Translations under genes and position numbers: made by a program
NCBI GenBank assembly: GCA_002245135.1
Contig: NGBS01001162.1
Span: 310,001 to 350,087 of the forward strand
DNA: 40,087 bases
Origin: Proteromonas lacertae
Taxonomy: Eukaryota
Reading direction: 5' to 3'
Shown: one piece after another, positions 11,063 through 20,908 of the stretch
Numbering within the stretch: the first letter of the stretch is position 1
Layout: each line of letters opens with the position of its first letter
Notes under the pieces: model-generated
The model's database searches: none
Told to the model about the DNA's origin: nothing
The model's input: only the letters and a program-made list of their open reading frames with translations

Positions 11063-11995
11063 ATGAATCGACTTATTCATATAGATAGAATATTTATTAA
11101 TAAATCTATTAGGCCAGGATCAATAGTTTCAAGAAGTTTCAGCACTGAAACAAAGAAGAAAGACATTCGAATTTATAAAGGTGAAGGTGTGAGTCCTCTT
11201 GGATATAAAATGACTAAATTCTCAATAGAAAAGTTTTGCAACTTAGACAAATACAATGTGAAGTCTATAACCCCAGAACAGGTAATATCTGAAGATTGGG
11301 AAGCAAATACTAAATTAATCGTATTTCCTGGTGGTAGAGATATGCCATACGTAGAAGCACTGAGTAATAATCAAGGTAAAAAAACAGGTGGTAATAAAAG
11401 AATTCGAAAGTTTGTAGAAGAAGGTGGTAGTTATTTTGGAATATGTGCTGGTGCCTATTATGGTACTGATCAAGTGCAATTCGATACAGGTGGAAACCTC
11501 CAAGTACAAGGTGAAAGAGAATTGAAATTCTTCCCAGGTATAGCTGATGGTCCAGCATATGAAGGATTTTCTTATACTGATGAGTCTTATGCAAGAAGTG
11601 TTTGGATATTATATCCATTCTTTTATCCTACACTAGTTGAAACAATTCTCACTGCCAGTTGTTGGTTTTTCGGTGGACCACATTTTAAACCTTATGTAAA
11701 GGATGATGATCGTTATAAAGTACTTGCATATTATTTCCCTCATACAAATAAGAATTTTACTGAAGATGATGCAATTGCTGCAGTATCATGTAATGTAGGT
11801 AAAGGTAAAGCTGTATTATGTGGTCCACATCCTGAATATGATCCTGAGATGATGCCTAAACATGCAAATGCTACTATGATGATGGATATGTCAGATCCTT
11901 ACTTTAATACTTGTAGAAAAATATACTTGTATATATTCATTAAATGTATATGTAGAATATCAAAATGGATTTTAGATTCGATATACAAGAATTAA
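11063..11995 (+). CDS. Stand-alone biotin-protein-ligase N-terminal (BPL_N, class I glutamine amidotransferase-like) protein
   Basis: Motifs IYKGEGVSP, VFPGGRDMPY, FVEEGGSYFGICAGAYY and GPHPEY. Arg/Ser-rich N-terminal extension. Possible in-frame 27-nt intron at 11929-11955. Confidence 0.8.
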   Translation: MNRLIHIDRIFINKSIRPGSIVSRSFSTETKKKDIRIYKGEGVSPLGYKMTKFSIEKFCNLDKYNVKSITPEQVISEDWEANTKLIVFPGGRDMPYVEALSNNQGKKTGGNKRIRKFVEEGGSYFGICAGAYYGTDQVQFDTGGNLQVQGERELKFFPGIADGPAYEGFSYTDESYARSVWILYPFFYPTLVETILTASCWFFGGPHFKPYVKDDDRYKVLAYYFPHTNKNFTEDDAIAAVSCNVGKGKAVLCGPHPEYDPEMMPKHANATMMMDMSDPYFNTCRKIYLYIFIKCICRISKWILDSIYKN

Positions 11996-13776
11996 GAGCA
12001 ATTGCTTTTCTATTAGTTTTTATTTATCATTTAAATTCTTATTTACTACCAGGAGGATATATTGGAGTTGATATATTTTTTGTAATAGCAGGTTATATAA
12101 TTACATTGTCTTTATGTAATACTCACATAATCAACAAAAGTTATATATTATTTTATTCAAGAAGAATAAAGAGATTGTATCCGTCTAGTCTAACTTGCCT
12201 TATACTATATTACAGTTATCATCCATCAATTACCAAATATAGCCATGATGAGACACAACTTTATTATGATATAATATCATCATTACTAAGTTTTTCTAAT
12301 ATTAGATTTTATAAAGTAACAAGCAGTTACTTTCAAAGCGAAAAAAAATCTATTATTTTAAATTACTGGTCACTATCATTAGAAGAACAATTCTATATAT
12401 TTTATCCTCTACTATATTTTTATCTCTATAACTATATTATTTATTTGATAATAATATTGTATAGTTTTTATAAATGTGTAATAAATACATATAAAAATGA
12501 TTCATCATCGTATTATCTTCTCTCTAATAGGGTATGGGAATTGTTAATAGGATGTATAATTAATAAATATGATGTCAAATATCATTTAAATAAGGAATTT
12601 GTAATTTGTATATTGATTATTTCATCATATGTAATAGGATTATCTACTATGTTAAAATTCCCAGGATATATTTCATTATTACCGATAATCCTCACGTCTT
12701 CAATCATTACACAACAAAATCATATACTATTTAATAGCAGAATACTTTATAAAATAGGAAATATGTCATATGTTTTATATTTGTTTCATTATCCAATCAT
12801 ACAAAACAATTCCTCTGTTTGTATAATATTATTAAAAATAATGTTGATATCTGTTTTTGTTTATCGTTATATTGAAATGCCTATAAGGAACGTAAGTAGT
12901 GTTTGTATATTATCGATAGTAAGCCTTACATTTTCATTCACATTTATTATCGTTATAGTTAAATCAATTAATGAAAATAAGAAACATCAAAAAAACAAAG
13001 CATATACTTATAATTATTGTTTTATTCAACTAAAATGTTATAATTCTTTTCTTAACAAATTGAATAGAAATACAATTCTGTTAATTGGTGATTCTCATCT
13101 TGGTCATTATCTACCTGTTATTAAAGCAACTCTATACAATTATAATGTTGATTATATATACTTTATTCAGGCATGGATTATAAACATAAAAAAGAATTAT
13201 ATCTTCTTATCTAAATATATAATTCAACAACAGAAAATTCAGTTATGCATTATGTCTATGTATGTTGATTATGAATTACTTTATACAAATAAAACTGAAT
13301 TCGAATATGCTTTTAAGTATTTGATAAAATCAATATTACAAATATCAGAAGGAATTATTATATTTCAAGATAATCCCCATAGATTTAGAATAAATGATAC
13401 AAAATGCAAAAGAGTATTATTACCAATATTAAAAAATAAAAAATTAACGTATATAGATATATTTAATAGATATTGTAAAGGAAGTAAACAATGCTTAGAG
13501 AATATCTATTCTAAGAATATATTTTCGGATATGCATCATTTGAATTTAAATTTTGTATGTCAAACAAAATTAATATACTCAACAATTAACTATGCTATAA
13601 CAAGATATTTAAAAATAAAAGTAAATAATAAAACCTTTTTATGTTATAAAATGGATATTTATTTTAATCACAAATATAATCAAGAATTTATAAAAGAGTA
13701 TAATATTAATACTATTAAATCAATAAAGTATGGATTATTTGGGTTTGATGAGACTCCTTTATTCGAATATATATAA
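11965..13776 (+). CDS. OafA/OatA-type O-acyltransferase (acyltransferase_3 plus SGNH domain)
   Basis: Motifs FRFDIQELRAIA, GGYIGVDIFFVIAGY, RRIKRLYP, WSLSLEEQFY and SYVLYLFHYP, followed by SGNH motifs GDSH and DMHH. Confidence 0.9.
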   Translation: MDFRFDIQELRAIAFLLVFIYHLNSYLLPGGYIGVDIFFVIAGYIITLSLCNTHIINKSYILFYSRRIKRLYPSSLTCLILYYSYHPSITKYSHDETQLYYDIISSLLSFSNIRFYKVTSSYFQSEKKSIILNYWSLSLEEQFYIFYPLLYFYLYNYIIYLIIILYSFYKCVINTYKNDSSSYYLLSNRVWELLIGCIINKYDVKYHLNKEFVICILIISSYVIGLSTMLKFPGYISLLPIILTSSIITQQNHILFNSRILYKIGNMSYVLYLFHYPIIQNNSSVCIILLKIMLISVFVYRYIEMPIRNVSSVCILSIVSLTFSFTFIIVIVKSINENKKHQKNKAYTYNYCFIQLKCYNSFLNKLNRNTILLIGDSHLGHYLPVIKATLYNYNVDYIYFIQAWIINIKKNYIFLSKYIIQQQKIQLCIMSMYVDYELLYTNKTEFEYAFKYLIKSILQISEGIIIFQDNPHRFRINDTKCKRVLLPILKNKKLTYIDIFNRYCKGSKQCLENIYSKNIFSDMHHLNLNFVCQTKLIYSTINYAITRYLKIKVNNKTFLCYKMDIYFNHKYNQEFIKEYNINTIKSIKYGLFGFDETPLFEYI

Positions 13777-13809
13777 TTAGAATATATCTTCATTAAACCC
13801 AAATGAAAT

Positions 13810-13858
13810 TACATTAGCTGAAATGATTAGAATATAATAATTATTAAATCTTTCTATG
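13810..13858. repeat. Short remnant of the palindromic element family
   Basis: TACATTAGCTGAAATGATTAGAATATAATAATTATTAAATCTTTCTA closely matches the reverse complement of about 16640-16687. Confidence 0.6.
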
Positions 13859-14333
13859 CAGTGTTTTGCAACTTACTTATACAGTATTTCCTAATACGTA
13901 ACGACATTTGTTGCAAAATAGATATACCATTGCATAACTATTATACCATTTTGCATAATACTTATATTTTTTATCAAGCCATTTCATTGTACATTATATA
14001 ATGCAAAATAAATATACAAATCTCAAGCCTTTTCAAGAATTTCTATTCTATTATTTTACAATAAGAAGTATGGATAGAGCGTTATATATCTATCCTCTTC
14101 ATAACAGTTCTTTGTATTATGAAGTTTATATCTTCAATAGTGCTAAAACATTCAGCAGGACTGATTGTAGAAAATATATTTGTTATACTTTCAAGTATTT
14201 GATTTCTGTTCTGGTAAATGCTTTTTTTCCATATGCCAAAGATATTTTCCTAATACAATTACTTTTAAAACAAACTAATATCATTTTTATCTTTGTTATA
14301 AAGAGTTATTATCAATATTAAACCAATTCTTTT

Positions 14334-14483
14334 ATATTTTCTATTTTAAAGTTTCAGTCACTACTACAGTCTAAAATACATTATTTGATATGAATAAATT
14401 TCAATAATTTTAATAACAACTTATTTAAAAAAGAAATTAAAAAGCTGGCTTGAGTGAGGCTTTAACTTTTTTTTTCTTTATTT
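14334..14483 (-). repeat. Truncated, inverted copy of palindromic element A including the central core
   Basis: Aligns to the reverse complement of about 15935-16090 (CTACTACAGTCTAAAATACATTA). Core GGCTTGAGTGAGGCTT at 14447-14462. Confidence 0.8.
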
Positions 14484-14499
14484 GCGGGAGGAGTGATCG

Positions 14500-15115
14500 C
14501 GCGCGATAAAGAAATTTGCTCGGTAAAGGAAGTAAGAAATTTCCATTAAAGTGAATATGTTAATACTTATTTGGAAGGCCGAGTAAATATAAATACAACA
14601 TCATTTTGTCTAATTTACTAAATATATTGAAATAATACTCAAATTTTCTATGATATTTATATCATCTATTATTAATCTTTATAACTATTTTATAATTGGA
14701 ATTGCTAGAGTATATTAGCATTTATGTCTCATTAACATATTGATGCATATATAGTGCCCTTTAAAAAAATATAGAAGAAAAAAGAAAATAAGGTCAAGCC
14801 TTCATCAAGCCAATATTTTATTTTTTATTTTAAATCATCGTAACACCGATTTTGTTTTATCTTATCATCAAAGAATTAATAACTCCATTCTCTTCCAGTG
14901 ATATATGCAATAAAAATAATGTTATATGATAGAAATAAGGAAGATGAATATGAAGTGAATATTTGTTAATAATTAAAGATAACTATTGTTCATGAATGTT
15001 TTAAGACAAAATGATTATATATTCATACATTACATGATGACATTAACAATAGTATTATATTAGATCTAAATATAAACAATTACTTCCTTTACCAAGCAAA
15101 TTTCTTTGTCGCGCG
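14500..15115. mobile_element. Degenerate palindromic element D (616 bp)
   Basis: 36-bp terminal inverted repeats at 14500-14535 and 15080-15115 with 2 mismatches. Internal inverted match ATCATTTTGTCT/AGACAAAATGAT. Central core CAAGCCTTCATCAAGCC at 14795-14811. Confidence 0.75.
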
Positions 15116-15117
15116 AC

Positions 15118-15450
15118 AGGACTGGAGCATTTAGCATTGAATAAAAGTGTATAACCAGATCCTTCAATCAACATTTTAACCTGGTCTGAATGATGGATAT
15201 TTACATTGTCCATAAAAAAGCAGAATTTACCCTTTGATTTTAGAGCATCTAATAAGTATTTCAAGTATGTTGTAAATACCTCAATACTATTTGGTCCGTA
15301 AATGGTATCACACCTATGAAAACCTAAATTAATCATAGTAGCTATAATTGTAATATCTGTAGCACCTCTAGCCATATGAACGATTGGTGTTGTTCCTTCG
15401 TCAGACCTTGCACATCCATTGACAACTCCCATACTCCAATGGGTTTCATC
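15118..15450 (-). pseudogene. IS630/Tc1/mariner (DDE_3) transposase fragment
   Basis: DETHWS...FFMDNVNIHHS...LLFNAKCSSP contains the first and second catalytic Asp. The sequence is cut by element D just before the expected SPxLNPIE Glu. Confidence 0.85.
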
Positions 15451-15659
15451 TTAGTTGTTGTGTGTTGTTCCCCTTTTACTTCCTTGAAATAATTCTTAAT
15501 AGGCTGTCTGTTATGCATAACAAACTTTGAAGGATTGAATGCAATAATATGATAAGTAACATTGGATGGATTATCACAATTAGGTTCAGCTTGGTTGCAA
15601 TACCCTTTAATGGTATAATACTGAACATCCTTATCATCTAAGGTGATGTAATTCTCGTT

Positions 15660-16282
15660 TGTTGTTCCCCGTATGTCTGAACTCTATATTGCAGAATGAT
15701 TCAATCAAAACTAATATGATATTCATGATGTTCGGAGTTAGTTATTAACAAATATATAGTTAGTTTGTCATATGACCTACATCTGTGATATACTTATTTA
15801 TGAACTTCATTATTATCAATATTAAACTAATTTTTGTATATTTTCAATTTTAATGTATCAGTGACTACTACAGGACTAAAATACATTATCTGATATAAAT
15901 AGAATTCATTATTTTTAATGTTAAGGCGGTTAAAAAATAAAAAAGAAAAAAGAAGTTCAAGCCTCACTCAAGCCTGCTCTTTAGTTTCCTTTTTTATTAC
16001 CTTAACATTAAAATTAATGTATTCTATTTATATCAGATAATGTATTTTAGACTGTAGTAGTTACTGATACATTAAAATTGAAAATATACAAAAATTAGTT
16101 TAATATTGATAATAATGAAGTTCATAAATAAGTATATCACAGATGTAGGTCATATGACAAACTAACTATATATTTGTTAATAACTAACTCCGAACATCAT
16201 GAATATCATATTAGTTTTGATTGAATCATTCTGCAATATAGAGTTCCGCCATACGGGGATTTCCGCCATACGGGGAACAACA
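15660..16282. mobile_element. Palindromic element A (623 bp, near-perfect ~270-bp arms)
   Basis: Ends TGTTGTTCCCCGTATG...CATACGGGGAACAACA. Arms are almost exactly reverse-complementary. Core CAAGCCTCACTCAAGCC at 15958-15974. 17-bp tandem duplication at 16244-16277. Confidence 0.9.
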
Positions 16283-16909
16283 GTTGTGCGCCGTTTGTCA
16301 TAGTTGGCCGTTTGTCTGCCAGACACTTTTAAAATAAACTAAATGTATATTCTTACTTGTCTTGATGAAAAATTGTTACTTTTACTTTTATACTTACTTT
16401 GTTATATGACCTACCTCTGCAGTATACTTTTTTGTTAATATAAATAGTTTGAATATTTGCGCCTTTTGTTTTCTAGAAATTATTGAAACAAACTAAATGC
16501 ATAATTAGCTAATATAGACTAAAATACATTAGATGAAATGATTAGAACAACTTAATGTTGATCACAAGACATTTAAAATTAAAAAAGAAAATATAGATTC
16601 AACCCTCCCTCATGCTTTCTTTTACATTTCTTTTTTTATATAGAAAGATTTAATAATTATTATATTCTAATTATTTTACCTAATGTATTTTAGTCTATAT
16701 TAAGCTAAATATACATTTAGTTTGTTTCAAAAAATTCTAGAAAACAAACAGGAGCAAATATTCAAACTATATATATTAACAAAAAAGTATACTGCAGAGG
16801 TAGGTCATATAACAAAGTAAGTATAAAAGTAACAATTTTTCATCAAGACAAGTAAGAATATACATTTAGTTTGTTTTAAAAGTGTCTGGTAGACAAACGG
16901 CGCGCAACA
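16283..16909. mobile_element. Palindromic element B (627 bp), directly abutting A
   Basis: Ends GTTGTGCGCCGTTTGTC...GACAAACGGCGCGCAACA with long reverse-complementary arms. Core variant CAACCCTCCCTCATGCT at 16600-16616. Confidence 0.88.
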
Positions 16910-16934
16910 CATGTAATAAACTTAAATAAATTAT

Positions 16935-17541
16935 CTATATTTCTTCCACATTTATTTTACAATGAACTGGATCTTCACCGTTTTTTAAATAACATTTGTA
17001 TTGATTACTACATTTGATATATATACATTTATTGTTATTTATAAACTGCAACACATAATTCTAGTAAGGCGCTGAAAAATTGAAATCTATTCCTTCTAAC
17101 TTTCCATCTTCATATAATCTCCTTACTTCGCTTGTGGCATCAGACGGTTGACTTATTTAAGTCATAAATTTAATGAAAAATGATAATGAAAATTATCAAG
17201 CGAAAAAGCTTGTTTGTTTTTCTTTGAAGAACTATTTCTCTTTTATAACTATATATTACTTCATAGTATGATTGTATTAATTATTATTATTAGCTGCATA
17301 TATCATTTTATAATCTTTTTTATATATGCAAGTTAATAGTGTCTTAAAATAGATTTTAACATTATATGGCTTGAAGTTTGACCGACCGAAGGTCAAGACA
17401 AAACAGAAAGGTTTTGACCGAACCTCTTCGGTTGACCGATAAATACAACACTGTGAAAATTTGCATAGGAATAATGAATGGAGTTATTCATGCAAAGAAC
17501 TATGATTAACGGCCAACTCTGACAAATAGCTCACAACAACA
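16935..17541 (-). mobile_element. Element E: a family-type terminus followed by a decayed ORF, possibly the 5' end of a coding element
   Basis: GGCCAACTCTGACAAATAGCTCACAACAACA ending at 17541 resembles the end of element C. Minus-strand frame 17165-16935 reads MT*ISQPSDATSEVRRLYEDGKLEGIDFNFSAPY*NYVLQF... with two premature stops. Confidence 0.5.
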
Positions 17542-17662
17542 TGTTACTATACATATTGTTGTGAGCTATCAAGTTTGAAATATTTATTAGAAATGTTAAA
17601 AACTATTCATATCAATTTTTTTATGATACTTTACATTCCAAAGAAATCTTATTTTATAATCG

Positions 17663-18698
17663 CTATTCTTTATTAAAGAATGTAATTATTTCATTTTTTA
17701 TATTTAATATTTTTTTCTTTTTAACTACATAGCTTAAATTGTATTTTCTATCTAACAACAACCCAGATTTTAAAACAGCAGTTAAACCAAATGTACTTCT
17801 TGATATTATAAGAAAACTACTTCTTGAAAGTATTTCATGTTCTATAATTATAGTAGTGTCATTTTAATGCTTCGCATAATGGTTTGTGATATTTTTGGAA
17901 TAAATAAATATGTTTTTATAAATGTTACTTAATTTAATCTTTAATTCTTTTGAATCTCCTGTTAAAAACCATTTACTTTTATAAAAATACTTAAACGCAA
18001 TCTTAATCATTGTATTTATTTCATTGTTATTTATTATTTGTTTTTCTTTCAGATCTGCATTTCCAACTCTCATTTGAATTCCAATAAAAGGCTTATTTGT
18101 TAGAATAGATAAATACTTATCTATTTTCTTTTCTATAGGTTTATTTATAATCAGCATTTTTGAAAATATTATATAGTATAAATAGAATGCATTCCATAAA
18201 TAATCAGCTCTTTTGTTTAATAATATGTACTTCTTTATATTTTTATAAAAATATATATCATTAGCTATACCAGTTGTTATGTCACACCATATGTAACTAA
18301 AGTATTTAATTTTCTTTTCAATACGTATGCTCTTTAGATTATTGATATTAAAAGGACATATACAAAATTGTGTTAGTTTTTCAATTTTAGTAGTTGTGAT
18401 ATTGTATTGAGGGAAATGATAGAATAAATCAAACTCATTCCAATTTAATACTAAATAGAAATAATAATGTTGCAATACAGTAAGGCTTTGACTGAAAATA
18501 GAATGACAATATAATTATTCCTGCAAATGACATTAATCTATTACCAAGTCCAGCAATAATATTTACATTCACTTCAGTTTGTGATGTTTTATACATTTTT
18601 ACTATGTTCTGTAAATTAATATTTGTATTTTTGTTATGTAATATAATTAAAATCAGAAAATTAAAACATAAAATAAGAAGTATAAATAATGTTTCCAT
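17663..18698 (-). pseudogene. Fucosyltransferase-like (GT11/GT23/NodZ fold) gene with an in-frame TAA
   Basis: TM anchor, AGLGNRLM, intron 18451-18478, IGIQMRVG and WFLTGDS. TAA at 17864-17866 is followed by 66 more open codons with EILSRSSFLIISRSTFGLTA, ending at TAG 17663. Confidence 0.75.
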
Positions 18699-18791
18699 AA
18701 GAATAATATACTAATATATATATTTTAAGTATTTGTATATATATATCTATAAAACGCAATCTAAATCGATAAATGATAAAAAGAAAAGTAT

Positions 18792-19940
18792 ATGTTTCAT
18801 TTATCTATTTTTATTGTATATATATTTATATCTTGTATATTATTATTAAAGAAAGTATATACATTATTTGAAGTGAGTTATACATGTAATCATCAGTGTT
18901 TATCAAAAATAGATAAAGATGTTTATATATACTATGCAAATATTAATAAAAAGCAGAATGAATTAATACTAATTGGAGTATCATTTCCGTATCACAGAAG
19001 AAATTATAAATGCAAGATTATTTATCAGAACTTTATTTCTTTATGTAACATCAGTTATAAACATAAATATAATATTAACAAGATAATGAATTTATCATAT
19101 ATATCGATACATCTATCACTAAGAACTATAAACAAAACTCCTATAGGGGTGTTTATAAATAATAAATATTTGCCGTTGATAATATATAAGCCTAATAGAT
19201 ATTACGATATTATTTTAGTAATAGTAAATTTTCATAATATTAGAAATTATAAGCAAGTTATTGATGTAATTGAAATATCGATAATCTATGGAGTAGATCA
19301 TATTGTTATGTATGTGACATCATCAACATTATTTATTAAATCTATATTGTATAATTATGTAAAAAGTGGATATATTGAATTACTACCATTCTGTTTTAAT
19401 AAAGAAATAAAATATGTTCATGAAACAGGACAAGTAGAAAAAATTAATGATGCATTATACAGATATATGTATAATACAAAATATATAATATTTCATGATA
19501 TTGATGAAGTTATCATACCTATCACGATAAAGGATTATTTAAAGTTTATAAAATATGTAGATAATAATACAAGTGATATGTATCTATTTAAATCCAAATT
19601 ATTTTCATATGAATCTAAGGAATACAATTCTATAATAACGTATAAAGATTGTTGTTTTGTAAAAAATGGCTATGAAAAATACATAGTTGGCAATCTGTAC
19701 AAATATTCTATGCTTGATGTTCATATATATAAGGAATCTGTTCTACCTATAAAAATAAGATCTATAAATAAAAACTATGGATATGTTAGACATACTAGAT
19801 TCAAAGGTAAAATGTGTAATAAGCATTTAATTGATAATTCCTTAGATTATTTAGAAAAGCATTTGAAAAAAATATATAGAAAATTCGAAAAAATGTTTAA
19901 ACATAATGAAAAATTGTACTATTATGGTAAGAAATCTTGA
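18792..19940 (+). CDS. Glycosyltransferase family 92 / DUF23
   Basis: Signal anchor, YGVDHIVMY, GQVEKINDALY, DIDE and GYVRHTR. Paralog of 3137-4387. Confidence 0.8.
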   Translation: MFHLSIFIVYIFISCILLLKKVYTLFEVSYTCNHQCLSKIDKDVYIYYANINKKQNELILIGVSFPYHRRNYKCKIIYQNFISLCNISYKHKYNINKIMNLSYISIHLSLRTINKTPIGVFINNKYLPLIIYKPNRYYDIILVIVNFHNIRNYKQVIDVIEISIIYGVDHIVMYVTSSTLFIKSILYNYVKSGYIELLPFCFNKEIKYVHETGQVEKINDALYRYMYNTKYIIFHDIDEVIIPITIKDYLKFIKYVDNNTSDMYLFKSKLFSYESKEYNSIITYKDCCFVKNGYEKYIVGNLYKYSMLDVHIYKESVLPIKIRSINKNYGYVRHTRFKGKMCNKHLIDNSLDYLEKHLKKIYRKFEKMFKHNEKLYYYGKKS

Positions 19941-19976
19941 TTTTGGTAATGCTTGTGTGAGTTATTTATACTTAAT

Positions 19977-20858
19977 ATGATTAATATTTTTCTTTATTTA
20001 TTAAGCATTTTAATTTTTTATCATTATTTTATTCAACTGGAAAGAATAAATAAAAAAAATGGCAAAACATTTATGTATGAATATTTATTTGTTACTTCGT
20101 TTTATGTAGGTAAATCTAAATATACAACAGAAAAATATAAAATGTGGATAAATAATTTCTCCGTTTTAGTAAAGCGCAACTTGTACATATTTTGTAATAT
20201 AGAAGGATATAAACTCATAAATCCAAAGTTGAAAAAGTTTGTTAGAGTTATAAATGATGTATTTGACTTAAGAAAAATAAATGACTATAAGTTTTCATAT
20301 AAAAATATGTGGAAGTATGATCCAGAAAAAAAGAGGCATAATTATAGATTGTATGCTATATGGAATGGAAAAATTAGTATGCTAAAATATGTATCTGAAC
20401 ATCTTAATAGTAAAATATATATGTGGATTGACATTGGTTGTTACAGAGAAAATAAATACTATTTCAATTTTCCATCACTTAAACAAATACATTTTTTGCA
20501 GAATATAACACAAAATTCGTATATGTTTTTCTTTCAATTGTATGACTTCCCTAATATACATAGTAACAATATTACATTAATTACCAAAAACTGCATTGAA
20601 GGAGGAACATTTGGTGGTTCACAATTAGGGATAAGTAATTATTATTATACATTTTTTTCGTTACATGATAAATTTTATAGAGAGAAATATTTTGTGGGAA
20701 AAGATCAAACATTGTACAATACAATTGCATATTACAATTTAAGCAAAGTTGCTTTATTAAGATATAAATCACATAGTTGTAATGATAATATATGGTTTAG
20801 ATTCTTAGATTTTTACGCTGGTTCATATTGTGCTAATGTTAACGTTATTTACATTTAA
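19977..20858 (+). CDS. HtrL/YibB-like putative glycosyltransferase
   Basis: ATG at 19977, TM anchor, and motifs IWNGK, MWIDIGCYR, GGTFGG and FVGKDQ. Confidence 0.7.
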   Translation: MINIFLYLLSILIFYHYFIQLERINKKNGKTFMYEYLFVTSFYVGKSKYTTEKYKMWINNFSVLVKRNLYIFCNIEGYKLINPKLKKFVRVINDVFDLRKINDYKFSYKNMWKYDPEKKRHNYRLYAIWNGKISMLKYVSEHLNSKIYMWIDIGCYRENKYYFNFPSLKQIHFLQNITQNSYMFFFQLYDFPNIHSNNITLITKNCIEGGTFGGSQLGISNYYYTFFSLHDKFYREKYFVGKDQTLYNTIAYYNLSKVALLRYKSHSCNDNIWFRFLDFYAGSYCANVNVIYI

Positions 20859-20908
20859 ATAATTAAGCAAATATTAGTAAAATTAATAGAAATTTTCAAT
20901 CATTTATA

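Noticed and set aside
14001..14321. 106-aa ORF as a real gene
   Set aside because: No recognisable motif. It lies between repeat remnants in apparently decayed sequence.
15660..16909. CRISPR array or integron cassette array
   Set aside because: There is no short repeat-spacer periodicity and no cas or integrase gene. The repeats are long palindromes in intron-containing eukaryotic DNA.
17864..17866. Stop-codon reassignment (TAA read as Gln)
   Set aside because: TAA, TAG and TGA all terminate well-supported genes here, and long ORFs lack internal stops.
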